The notes under the pieces: generated by a model
Seen by the model: only the letters and a program-made list of their open reading frames with translations
Told to the model about the DNA's origin: nothing
Database searches by the model: none
Made by a program: the position numbers and the translations under genes
From: Octopus bimaculoides
Lineage: Eukaryota
NCBI RefSeq assembly: GCF_001194135.2
Contig: NC_068989.1
Span: 79,396,111-79,445,663, forward strand
Reading direction: 5' to 3'
Length of the DNA: 49,553 bases
In this document: positions 1 to 11,475 of the stretch, piece after piece
How the letters are laid out: each line of letters starts with the position of its first letter
How positions within the stretch are numbered: position 1 is the first letter of the stretch

Positions 1-164
1 AAATAAGTTATCTATTAAAAATAATCTATAAAGAACCAAATGAATAATATAAAAAACAAGAATACATATTATTTTCAAATAGTAGAAAATCTTTAGCAAA
101 GTAAAAAACAGTACTTATCCATATTTTTCCGTAATTCCGGTCAGTCATTGTTATGATCAGCCAT

Positions 165-360
165 TATTATGATTGACCGTTAACTGGACACTATTCAATT
201 TTTTTTCTCCGTGTTTTTCTCCTTGTCTCCGAATTCTTTCTGTTCAAGAGCGTAGCTCGAAACGTCAAAGACTTTTCGTATTCCCGAGCGTCATACTAAT
301 ACATCCTTTTGTTATTTACACCACCTGTCCTCGTCTGTTGTTGTTTTTTCGTATATTCTC
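165..360 (+). mobile_element. Probable Penelope-like element terminal-repeat fragment containing a minimal hammerhead-like motif (235-271)
   Basis: TCTTT-CTG[TTC]AAGA-G..C-GAAAC-GTC-AAAGA at 235-271: TCTTT/AAAGA pair as stem I, and GAAACGTC has the palindromic ACGT stem III. Minimal hammerheads are known from Penelope-like elements. Family assignment is from recall. Confidence 0.45.
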
Positions 361-370
361 CCATATATAT

Positions 371-408
<38 letters not shown>

Positions 409-666
409 TCAATTATGCGGATATATAAATTAGATACATCAAATATATTAGTTTGGAAATAAAATACAAAATATGTATGTATGCATACAAACAAAACGAG
501 AAAAAGCAAAAGGTGGAAACTTTCAGGAGGGAATTTTTAAGTATAACTATAAAGATATTCATATCAATAAATCCAACTTAAACAATACAAACGACAGAGA
601 AAATTGGAGGGGAGGAAAAAAGGTGTTGTAAGTCCAACAGCTGTTTCTAGGGCGATCCATAATAAT

Positions 667-885
667 CTGTTCTACTCTAGGCTTAAGACCCGAAATTTTA
701 GGAGTGCGGAGGCCAGTCGATTTGATCTACCTCAGTACACAACAGGTACTTAATTTATTGACTCCCGAAAGGATGAAAGGCAAAATCGACATCGGCAGAA
801 TTTGAACTCAGAACGTAAAGACAGACGAAATATCGCTAAGCATTTCGAACGGCGTGCTATCATTTCTGCCAGCTCGCTGCCTTTC
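667..885 (-). mobile_element. SINE-A (tRNA-derived), full length with 16-bp TSD
   Basis: Minus strand reads head AAGGCAGCGAGCTGGCAGAAATGATAGCACG, B-box GAGTTCAAATTC, core TTTCATCCTTTCGGGAGTC and tail ...CCTAGAGTAGAA. TSD GGCGATCCATAATAAT at 651-666 and 886-901. Confidence 0.9.
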
Positions 886-979
886 GGCGATCCATAATAA
901 TGTTAGCACATTTAGTCCATCACAATACGCGACCGAATGGCTGTAATTAACATTGGATAAGACGAGCTTCCACCATCAA

Positions 980-1010
<31 letters not shown>

Positions 1011-1649
1011 GTGTGTGTGTGCGCGCGCGCGCGCGTGTATGTATGCATATGTATGTGCGTATGTATATGTATGGGTGCATATATTATATGATTATTTACG
1101 TTGTTTCAGTCTACTGACTTATAGTGAGCACTCTCCGAGCAATGATGGGCCCTCTTTTCCTCTAGCCGTCTCCTACATCCCGTGGGTCAAGTCTCTTCAC
1201 CACAACATACCAATAACTATTTATGAAAGGACTTCACATGCTACCATCTAATGTTTGATTCAAAGCAAGAGTCGATGTTTAAGTTTTAGTAATACACACA
1301 CACACACACACACACACACATACTCACACATGCACGTATATAAACATACACACTCGTACATATACATGTACATACAAAACGCACCTTTGGTGTTTATTCA
1401 CCATAATATACATGCGAAAGAATCTGTGCTAACTCTATGAGCAGAGATCGCCAAACATATTCTCCAGAGGGATTCGTGCTAAGCTCTCAGTTCTCATAGC
1501 AAGAAATTATTACTATGCGTTACACATCTTAACATAACCATTACTGTCAAAAAGGACCTTTCTCTGCAAACGCATATCTTCAACATAGTCGAAACAGCAT
1601 CCATAAATTTTGGATTTTTTCTTCAGAGTCAGAAAACATGTAAGTTTCC

Positions 1650-1754
1650 AACAAGTTCAACCTTGGCGGAATTTGAACTCAGAATATGAAGACGGGCGAA
1701 ATGCTTCGCGGCATTTCGTCCGGCGTGCTACCGATTCTGCCAGCTCGACGCCTT
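1650..1754 (-). mobile_element. SINE-A 5' part
   Basis: GGCGGAATTTGAACTCAGAA...GATTCTGCCAGCTCGACGCCTT matches the other copies. Confidence 0.8.
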
Positions 1755-1907
1755 TCACCACCATTATAATAATAGTTATGATAGAATTAATGACGGACAG
1801 AATTAATGATAGAATTAATTAACGGACAGATAACAAAAGAAATTGAACCTTCTGCTATTCAGATCTCTTGAGAGTTTCTTACCACTGAAAACCGTCAAAA
1901 ACTTGTA

Positions 1908-2122
1908 CAGTAGAACCTCGGATTTCGAACAACTCTGATCACGCATAAATCGTACTTTATCTCCTGTATTTCTCATATTCATTTAATACAGTAGTACCTC
2001 GGTTGACGAACGCCTCTGATCACGAATAAGTCGTACTTTATATATGTCTATATCTATCTATCTCTATATGTAACGCACGATTTTTTCGCGATCAGAGTTG
2101 TTCGAAAACCGCGGTCCTACTG
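1908..2122. mobile_element. Tc1/mariner (pogo/Tigger-type) MITE with an internal extra TIR copy
   Basis: TA|CAGTAGAACCTCGGATTTCGAACAACTCTGATCACG at 1906 and its near reverse complement CGCGATCAGAGTTGTTCGAAAACCGCGGTCCTACTG|TA ending 2124. TA TSD. A second left-end copy starts at 1989. Confidence 0.85.
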
Positions 2123-2224
2123 TATTTAACTTAAATTTATAAAATAAAAACTAAGTAGTATCAACGATAACAACCAAAACCCAGGGGAGGTAACACCGTA
2201 TAAAGTCACAACCCTCCAATGTAC

Positions 2225-2850
2225 AGCTGAACAGATTTAGGAAAGGCTCATCTTTAACGTCATTAATACTTCCTGCTTTCCCACCTCTCCAAATCCCATC
2301 ACGGATTCGGAGTAAACCCAACTACGACACAACTAAAGCAAAGGACAGGTGACGGCTTTAACAACAGAGAACTTAGTATATGGTCATTTTAATTACCATC
2401 GACTTTTCCAGTAAATATTTAGACTCCCATCTCTGCTATCCACTTTTGCTCAATATATTCAATATGTAACAATATCTAACGCTGAATTGTTAGCTAACTG
2501 CCACGTTGCCAAGATAATTTAATATACCGAAGCAGCGACCGCGCGCAAAAGATTTAGTTTCTTGATTGGAGTTCCACAAAGATCCTTCTTCACACTCTTT
2601 TTAACCTACGCCTACACGACCTCCTTGTACCTCAGAACATTCAATATCTTGCGCAGGCGCAGTTAACCTCATATATTGCAATTATTCTCCAGACATAACA
2701 CAGCTGTTTAATAACTTCAATCTGACATTAATAATTTAGAAACATCGCTTCAAGAAGATCTATGACGCACAGATATAAAGAAACCACATACATAGAAGAG
2801 AAAAAATACTAGGACTTAACGTACAAAATCGCCACAGTGTTTATGTTATG
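2225..2850 (+). pseudogene. Highly degenerate non-LTR reverse transcriptase relic (clade unresolved)
   Basis: Manual translation across frameshifts gives ERLI..., HHGFG..PTTTQL, GFNNRE, IDFSSKYLDS (LDFSKAFD-like), GVPQRS (GVPQGS-like) and DL.VP..IQYLAQ, in the usual RT order. Confidence 0.55.
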
Positions 2851-2950
2851 TGTAGGAGACATATTAAAGAAAGCAAATATCTAATGAAGTCATAGATATG
2901 ACGTTTGGTCAATAGAAAGAAACAATACTAGAGTACAAAGAAAAAAAATA

Positions 2951-3387
2951 GTCTTTTCTATTCTAGGCGCAAGGCCCGAAATTTTGGGGGAGGGGGCCAG
3001 TCGATTATATCGACTCTAGTACGCAACCGGTGCTTAGTTTATCGACCCCGAAAGCATGAAAGGCAAAGTTGACCTCGGCGGAATTTGAACTCAGAACGTA
3101 AAGACAGACGCCCTGTGTGCCAAAGTTTCTGCCCCCTTACATAGAAAAAATATCTATTTCTTTATTGCCCACAGGAGCTAAACATAGAGGAGGGACAAAC
3201 AAGGACAGACAAAGAGATTAAGTCGATTGCATCGACTCCAGTGCGTAACTGGTACTTATTTAATCGACCCCGAAAGGATGAAAGGCAAAGTCGACCACGG
3301 CGGAATGTGAACTCAGAACGTAGCGGCAGAGGAAATACCGCTAAGCATTTCGCCCGGCATGCTAACGATTCTGCCAGCTTGCTGCCC
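2951..3387 (-). mobile_element. SINE-A dimer (tail-2 monomer 3165-3387 followed by tail-1 monomer 2951-3110)
   Basis: Two head/core units with different tails (TATTTCTTTATTGCCCACAGG vs TTTTCTATTCTAGGCGCAAGG on the plus strand). Possible TSD GAAAAAAA(A)TA at 2940-2950 and 3392-3401. Confidence 0.85.
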
Positions 3388-4369
3388 TATCGAAAAAAAT
3401 ATTAAAAGAACTCAGAACCAAAGACGGACAAAATTCTGCTTAGTATTTTGTGCGATGTGTGAACGTTTCTGCCAATTCACTAGGTTAAATAATATAAAAA
3501 CTTCTAACATGGAAAGCTTCCTAGATTATGTATGTACTTAGGGTGAAAAACTGCAAGCTGTCATCTCAGTGTAGATGGTAGAGGTGTAAGCATTATCGAA
3601 ACTATGAACACACCGATGTAGCTATACTCTTTGTCGGCAATAATCAAAGACTAGGTTACCTCAATCATGCTGAACTGGGTCTGAAAAGCAACAAAAATCA
3701 TCTTATTCATTTCAATTTGTAATATTTGTATATTGGATTAGTGAAGAAATGGGACTTTTCCTCTGGCCATTGCAGGCCTTCCGGTGCTGTGTAGGATTAA
3801 CAACGCCTAAGACAATTATTTTAGTTACAGACGGGTTTCATGCAAGCCCACAAGATTCAGCTGATTCCTTAATCCGTTTGCTATCTTTAAAGTGTCACTG
3901 CCTCCAGATCGATCCCACACTAAAATATTGTCAATCAATCATATTCCTTTAGAACAGAAAATCTTTTTGAATGTTTCTCGACGTCCATGGTTTTTCCTGC
4001 ACCTGTTGGTTTACAGAACTTTAATTTGGATGTTAGCCACATTGATTTCATTAAACTAAGACAAATTACGATATAATCCTAAGAAAGTTCCAAAGTTTTA
4101 GTCAGGTTACATTGCAATCGTCTAAAATCCTTATCCGAAANNNNNNNNNNNNNNNNNNNNNNNNNNNNNNNNNNNNNNNNNNNNNNNNNNNNNNNNNNNN
4201 NNNNNNNNNNNNNNNNNNNNNNNNNNNNNNNNNNNNNNNNNNNNNNNNNNNAAAAAATAAAAGGAAAGATTGATTTCAATAAGATCTGAACGTAATCGAT
4301 CATAAGAAATACAGCAGTGCTTTCTTCTTTTGCAATGTTCTCACAACGCTGTCTTTCTACTTGCTAATA

Positions 4370-4815
4370 ATTGTTTGTAATTTAGACTCAAGGTCAGAAA
4401 TTTTATCGGAAGAGTGTTAGTCGGTTACATTGACCCAAGTATTTGTTTGGGTCCTGGTTCTATCAACCCCGAAAAGATGAGGAGCTAAGCTAACGTCAGC
4501 GAGACTTCAACTCCGAACGTAAATAGCCGGGAGAAAAAAAACAAACCACTAAGCATTTTGCCCGACGCTCAAATGATTCTGATAGCACGCTACCTTAATA
4601 GTTTCAAATTTTGACTAAAGTTTAGTAAATTTAGTGGGGAGAGGATAGTCAATTATATGAACCCCATTACTTTAATGGTACTTTATTTTATCGACCACAG
4701 AAGGATGAAAAGCAAAGCTGACCTCGGCGGAATTTGAACTCAGAATGCAAAGAGTTATGACTAGATAACAAAGCCTTTCACCAGACCTTCTAATGATTCA
4801 GCCAGATTGCTGCAC
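4370..4815 (-). mobile_element. Two adjacent diverged SINE-A copies
   Basis: Degenerate core (ATCAACCCCGAAAAGATG; ATCGACCACAGAAGGATGAAAAGC) and B-box region (GGCGGAATTTGAACTCAGAA) each occur twice. Confidence 0.75.
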
Positions 4816-5535
4816 ATATTCTATCTCAAAATAAAGTTTGTTTTGCGTAGTCATAGATCAGACTTGATCTATTCTTAATAGAAAATTACCATTGCGACAA
4901 CATTATCCTGGCAGCGTGTAGACATTCCAATATGTAGCCGGTTTCTGCATTATTTTAAATGTCTAAAAAGATGCTGTTGTTTAGCCATAGGCCAGTTCTG
5001 AGTGAGCAGGACTATGATCAAAGTGTTCTACGATGATCATCTTGTTTCTTTTTGAACCTGGGGGAAATATATTATAAGATGTTGTCGTTCGTATGTTTTG
5101 AAGACGTTAAGCATGGTTTGAAGGAGATTTGTCTGTTCTTTCTAACTGTACTGGTGATTGCGTAAAGGCTTCCATTGTTGGTTTGTGTTCAACAGATCGC
5201 TAAATATGCTATGCTTAATTTAAAATCTAACTATCTATTCAAACGTGGATACAGTTGCAATTGTCTTCCAACTGTGATCTTCAGCAGATCTTCAGCAGCG
5301 AATATACAAGAAAAGGTTGTAAATACGACCCCACATAGAATGAACAAAATAGGGTTCAGCACAATATATGGTATTACAAGAGATGATGACAAGAACATTT
5401 GAAATGAAATAAAGAAGAAATCAACTAAATGGAATGATTCACGTATGTGACAGCTGCTGCTATACTGATTGTTATGGAAGAATACGTTCACTAACTAGAA
5501 CACATATGAAGAGATGTTTAGAGTTAAGGTGCATC

Positions 5536-5605
<70 letters not shown>

Positions 5606-5639
5606 NNNNNNNNNNTGCATGTCTAGGTACAGGACATTG

Positions 5640-5850
5640 CAAACAAAACGTAGACAAAAAAAATAATAATAACCAGAGTACAGAACACACACAGGCCACA
5701 TAGAGAACATTTTCCTTCATCAGCTGCCCCCATTCTAACACAGGCGTTTCGAAGAGTTAGGGCATATATATACACAATTAATGAGAGAGGCGAAAGATGG
5801 AATATACAAAACTTTTTACTGATCACTACAGTTATTTCGACCTATCAAGC
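5640..5850. repeat. Diverged interspersed repeat, possibly a Penelope-type terminal region
   Basis: CCTTCATCAGCTGCCCC...GCGTTTCGAAG motif resembles Penelope-like terminal repeats. From recall only. Confidence 0.25.
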
Positions 5851-6068
5851 ATCGCTCTCTCGCGGGTGGGAAACTGCATATCTGGTTTAGATGTATCCCT
5901 CAGTGTAGATGTGTCTCCTCAGGTGATTTCAAGAAGTATCATGTTAAAATAAAGCCTGTTTCGCACAACTTATTACTGCATTTAATAAAATAAGTCTTTG
6001 GCTTCGCAGATAGAAATGGGGTACCAACTTGCAATAGCAGTTTTATGGTGTTGTACCAATCTGTGCTG

Positions 6069-6119
<51 letters not shown>

Positions 6120-6605
6120 TAATAATAATAATAATAATAGTTCATGGATGGAATTTATGTTTTAATGCATCGAAGTTCATGGATATTTTATAAACCAAAA
6201 ACAAAAGATGAACAGGCTTTAATTGTAAACCACAAAAATTGTCTGTGTGCAGTGATAACAGCTGAGCTTTCCATATTATACTATTACATAAATTACTTCA
6301 TAAATAATGACATAAAAATATGATCCAGCAACAGCTGTGTACCAGTGTACATCCCCAGGTTACTTGCCTTCATACTGTTGCTAGATCACATCCAGTTTCC
6401 CATCGTTTAATACAGCTTTGCGTAATTAGCGCTCTCTCTCTCCACCGAGTAGCTTTTAGATTCAAAGCAACACAAGTTATACCATTCTCCCCACAAAAAA
6501 AAAACATATATAGTAACATCTCATTTTACGAGTACCCGCTTTAGGAGACCCTGGACGTACGAATTTTATTTTTCAGTCACTTTTGTATGGTGAGCTGACA
6601 TTTTT

Positions 6606-6792
6606 CAAGCACAAGATCCAAATTTTGAACGAAGCGCAAAAGTTTCTGCTGCCATAACAAATGCTTCTGTGTGTTACCGAGAAATTTATAGAGCGTGCAA
6701 AAAAAAAAAAAAAAGATTCTTCTAAGCAAACAACTATAGACTTGTTTTTAATTAAAAAAGAAATCTACAAGCCCGTCTACGAGTGCTTGTGA
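6606..6792 (+). pseudogene. pogo/Tigger-like transposase C-terminal relic
   Basis: QDPNFERSAKVSAAITNASVCYREIY, then a frameshift in a 16-A run, then SKQTTIDLF. This matches the DPN.ERS.KV...CYREIY...KQT.LD.F C-terminus of Tigger-like transposases. Confidence 0.7.
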
Positions 6793-7179
6793 ATCAGCGA
6801 ACTCATCTACAAGTGATAGTGTGAGTGAGTCTAGTGCGAGTTAAAGTGATTCAGAAAACGATTATTGTAATATTTTTTATTATAAATGATCTTGACAGCC
6901 TTTTTACTTTACCTAAAATATTCTTTACATTCTACCGTTGCTTTATTGTCATTTATTTACGAGTATTATAAATTTTATAGGTAAGATATTTTTCTGGTAA
7001 CGAATTACGATTATATAAGAAACAATAAATTACGAGAGTCAGTAGAGGTGTTTTCTTTTATGCATTATAACTAAAAGGCTTCAGTTTACAATACTCTGAG
7101 CTTCTCGTGTAGCGTACTGGCTTGGGTATTATACTCACGATCGCAAGAACGTAGTTTCAATTCCCAGAAAGAGGAAAAT

Positions 7180-7850
7180 TTATTGCAACGACCCAATACT
7201 TGACTAGTAAGTATCTTATTAACTTCGAAAAGCTGAGAGGCAAATTGACCCCGACGGAATTTGAACTCAAAACATTATGGATCGTAAGAAATGCTACGAA
7301 GTATTTTGTTTTATTCACTATTTTGTCCGACTCACTATCTTTACTGCCATTAGTAATTTCTAATATAGTTATCAGACATTAAGGCGGCTAAATTAACCCT
7401 GTCAGGATTTGAACACAGAACATCGAGAGACAATCTCCTAACCGCAGCAGCAACAGCAATTAGAAAACAACTGATAGTTTCTGATTGAGTCAAAATACTA
7501 GACATTTTGAGGGGAGAGCATTAAGAGACCTCAGTACATGACTGGTATATTATTTTATTGTTCCCCGAAGGGATGGAAAGCAAAGCTGATCTTAGTGGGA
7601 TTTGAACTTAGAATTTAAAAAGCCCGAAAATACATTGCAAAGCATTTTCCCGACATTCTAACAATTCTGCCAGTTTCCCCTCTTCAATCGCTTCTGAATT
7701 AGTTATAAGGTCAGCAACTTTGAGGGGAGGGGATCAGTCGATTACATCGACCCCAATGCGTGACTGGTACTTTATTCTATCAAACCTCAAATTAAGTATA
7801 GCAAATTTAGCCTCGGAGGGATTTGAACTCAAGATATAAAGAATCGGAAC
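7180..7850 (-). mobile_element. Cluster of 3-4 diverged SINE-A copies
   Basis: GGAATTTGAACTCAAAAC, GGGATTTGAACTTAG and GGATTTGAACTCAAG with core and tail remnants, all in the same orientation. Confidence 0.7.
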
Positions 7851-8469
7851 AAATAAAGTAATATAAATATAAATGAATAATAACAAAAAAAAAGAAGAAA
7901 TAATAATGTCAAAATAAATGAAATAAGCAAAGTTTCCCTAATATAATAACAAATCAAATAGCAACAATTAATTTCTTTTTAAAAATGCTTTTTCCCCTCA
8001 AGATTCTAGCTTTTAATGTCCACCGTATTTTAGTAATTTTCTGACATTTTCCCTGCAAAACAACCGCAATAAGCTATTATCTCTTAACTCTTATCTATAT
8101 CCTTCAGATAAATTAGATTTCTCTTTCTCGTTGTAATTTTACATCTTATGAGTACTTCTTTTTATGGAAGCCAAGTTTATATCTTTACATCCTTCTGTAC
8201 GTTGTTCTTTGGTTCAGTCGGTTCATTTGTAGGTTATTATTATTGTTTTTATTACTTAAACTAATCATCTTGCTTGATGTATTTCTAGTGTAAATTTTGT
8301 TCTTATCATACCAGTATTGTAAGAGTAAATGGCAAACAAATTCGGGAAAATGTGTTTTGTGATGTGAAAGTGGATGCAGTTTCGTCTTCGTACCATTCTC
8401 TATTCTAGTGTCATTGCATCCTTCACTTGCATCCATTGCAATGTTACACATATGAAACAGAAGATTAGG

Positions 8470-9210
8470 GCAGAAGACCACCAATTTTGAGGGGAGGGGA
8501 TTAAGTGACCTGAGTACTTTATACTGATATTTTGTTTACTTTGTACCAAAAATTCCTAAGGGCCGCAAGGCAAAAACAACCGCAGCCTGATTCGAACCAT
8601 GAACATAAAGGCTGGAACAAATAGTGCAAAGAATTTTCTCCGACGCGCTATTTTGCCAATACTATCAATTGCTGGCACAGGGCTAGTGATTTTGAGAAGA
8701 AGCAGGTTGATTACATCGATCCATAGTACTTGACTGATACTTATTTTATCGACCTGAAAAGGGTGGAAGGCAAATTTGGCCTCGACAGAATTTGAACTTA
8801 GACCGTAAAGAGCCGGAAGAAATACCATTAAGCATTTTGTCCGAAGTTCTAATAGTTCTACCAGTGCGCCGCCTTAACAACATTAATAACTCTTTCTACT
8901 ATAAGCAAAAACCCTGAAATTTTTGAGAGTAGAGACTCGTCAATTATATCGACTCCTCTCTTCCTCAGGTATATATTTTATTTACCCCGAAAGGATGAAA
9001 GACCAAGTTGACCTTGATAGAATTTGAACTCAGAAAATAAAGCCCGAAGAAATGCCGCTAAGCATTTTGTCCAGTACGCTAACGATTCTGCCAACTCGTC
9101 GCCGATAATAATGACACTGATTTCTGATTAATGGTCAAAGCCTGGAATTTAAAGGGAAGGGATTAGGCGAACTCTTTACTTAACGGGTACTTTAGTTTAT
9201 CGATCCCAAA
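8470..9210 (-). mobile_element. Cluster of 4-5 SINE-A copies and fragments
   Basis: Near-complete copies at about 8665-8878 and 8890-9105, plus partial tails and heads, all on the minus strand. Confidence 0.8.
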
Positions 9211-9543
9211 ATGCAATATCGGTTCATTTTCTTTTCGTTTTTAATCACATCATTTTAGTTTGTTGTTTTAGAGGAACCTATTAAGTATGTTAAGCGTAGC
9301 GAGTGTCGTAGACCAAAGCAAAAAAAAAAAAAGGCAAAATGCTAAGGAAGTTTTATTCGAGCTGTTGAAAAAAAATTATTGATATTCAGCCCTTAACGAA
9401 TTCGAAAAAAAAAAACAGGAGAAAAGTTATAACCACTAAATTTGAAAAAAAACAAAAGCAAAACAGAAACACAATCAGTTGACAGTGTTCACCGAGTGCC
9501 ATGCTAAATTCTTCATCGTATTATATCGTCTTTTCCTCTTCAG

Positions 9544-9624
9544 ATTCTACGTGTAATAAGTTTGTCTTGCATCTTTGACACATCACATCGTTCCACGCCA
9601 CGCAAGTACCAATTGCAAGCTAAG
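9544..9624 (+). other. Weak candidate 81-nt cassette exon (ILRVISLSCIFDTSHRSTPRKYQLQAK)
   Basis: Acceptor TCTTTTCCTCTTCAG, donor AAG|GTACAT, length divisible by 3, phase-0 frame open. No homology recognised. Confidence 0.15.
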
Positions 9625-10733
9625 GTACATTTTAATTGGATATATCTCTTTGGTAGGATGTGGTCAGTCTAGAGGAGACACTCGAAAGACTGAATCGAAT
9701 AATTTTCTGTAGCTACAGTAATTGAAAATCAAAATAACCAAATGGATGTGCTATTGAATTCTTAGCTTATAAGGTCATCAGTTCAAATGCGCAACACAAC
9801 AGGTGTATCATTGTATATTTAAGCTGAATACATAATAATTCTCCAGGAACCCGAACGCATTGTTGCGTTTCTGGGAATTAAGCTTTATTACACGTAACTG
9901 ATTGGAATTTGTAGCATATCTGTAGATATCACATAAGATAGTTACCTGTAAAATTTAATAGAACTTTATTACTTCTTTGATGGTTTGTACGTTATTTTTT
10001 ACTGTACATTCAATCAGGAAAAGGCAAAACCCTCGGTCCTTTTTCTTAAGGCCTTTTAGACTTGTGGGAAAAAGAGAATAGGAAATAATCTTCTCGTTAG
10101 AGAAAGTTTGCAAGAGATACTGAAGATACTGAAGGTATCAGGTGTTGACGTTAAGTCGAGTGACGGTTTGAGTCTAGCACCCAAGTACTCAGAGCCCAAG
10201 GATCGGGAATAGATGTCGCAAGGCAGTTCGTCCGACGCCCTTACAGTTCTACCAATTCATTACCCTCGATTGGTATTTTATATGAGTGACCCCGCTATTT
10301 GATAGTTCCTTATTTTATTTGCCCCAGAAGGATGAAAGACAAAGTTGACATCGGTGAGATTGGGACTCAGAATGCGAGAGAACCAGATTGAACAGCACAA
10401 GGTATTTCGTTGTATGCTTTAACCAATAAACGGCGGATATCATCAACTCGTGTTTCAAAATTTTTACCTGAATGCGACCATCATCAAAGGAAAGTGAATG
10501 TTTTATAATTACTTTCCGATGATGAGATTGTAAATTCTATTGTGCGAGCTACTAAAAATTATTATTGTTTTTGTATTTACTTTAGCTTTTACTAAAATTT
10601 ATTATAGTTTTTACAAAAAATTATTTTAGTTTTTGTATATGAAAACAAGTATAAAAATATTCTATTTCGTTTTTGTATCTTGCTTGCAAGGTTCTTTATG
10701 TGAATTCGTGTGTTGAAGCAGATTTTGTTGTCT

Positions 10734-10950
10734 GGAGAGAGTCATATTATCTTAATGCCTTATTATCTAACACACTCACCGGTTCGATTTCCACTCATTT
10801 ATTATTTATAGTTTTTCTTCCAAAATTTTCGTTGCTTTTGCAGCAAAAGCACCGAAATCTTTTGGAAGAAAAAATATAAATAATAACTGAGTGGAAATCG
10901 AACCGGTGAGTGTGTTAGATAATAAGGCATTAAAGCAATATGACTCTCCC
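10734..10950. repeat. Long near-perfect palindrome (foldback/MITE-like element)
   Basis: Arms of about 105 bp around one central base (10842), e.g. TAATGCCTTATTATCTAACACACTCACCGGTTCGATTTCCACTCA vs its exact reverse complement. A related arm lies at about 27520-27605. Confidence 0.9.
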
Positions 10951-11067
10951 CACACACAGCAAACTATAAAAGTTACCCTTAAGAAAAAGGGATATTTTTT
11001 TACTCGTTTGGCACGTACATTCAGACGTTTAAGGGTCAATGATTCTGCCATTTCACGTTACATCTTA

Positions 11068-11475
11068 TCTCTTACTTGCTTTAGTCATCAGACTACGGCC
11101 ATGCTGGGGCACCGCCTTGAAGAATTTTAATCGAATGAATCGACCACTGTATTTATGTTTTTGAAGCTTGTTTCTTATTCTGTTGGTCTTCTTTGTCGAA
11201 CCGCTAAGTTACGGGGACGTAAACACACCAACAGTTGTTGTCAAGCAGCAATGAGGGACAAACGCAAACACACATGCACATAGATACACACGTACGCACA
11301 CATATATATATACGACAGGCTTCTTTCAGTTTCCGTCTACCATATCCACTCACAAGGCTTATGTGTCGGCCCGAGCCCATAGTGGAAGACACTTGATCAA
11401 GGTGCTAAGTAGTGGGACTGAAACCGGAACCATGTGGTTGGGAAGCAAACTTCTTACTACACAGCCATGCCTGTG
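11068..11475 (-). mobile_element. SINE-B (tRNA head, CORE-like domain, internal microsatellite)
   Basis: Reverse complement matches 15493-15900: TGGCTGTGTAGTAAG, GGTTTCAGTCCC, CACCTTGATCAAGTGTCTTCC, GTCCCCGTAACTTAGCGGTTCG, GCCCCAGCATGGCC. Confidence 0.85.

Noticed and set aside
3600-4330. Possible very old LINE RT remnant on the minus strand (MIDY.., DNILVW); similar hints at 12450-12950 and 32220-32640
   Set aside because: Motifs are too degenerate to support by eye and would need profile searches.
5700-5800. GAAAC and CTGATGA words close together on the minus strand
   Set aside because: Stem I cannot form in a type II layout, and no stem II/III follows CTGATGA in a type I layout.
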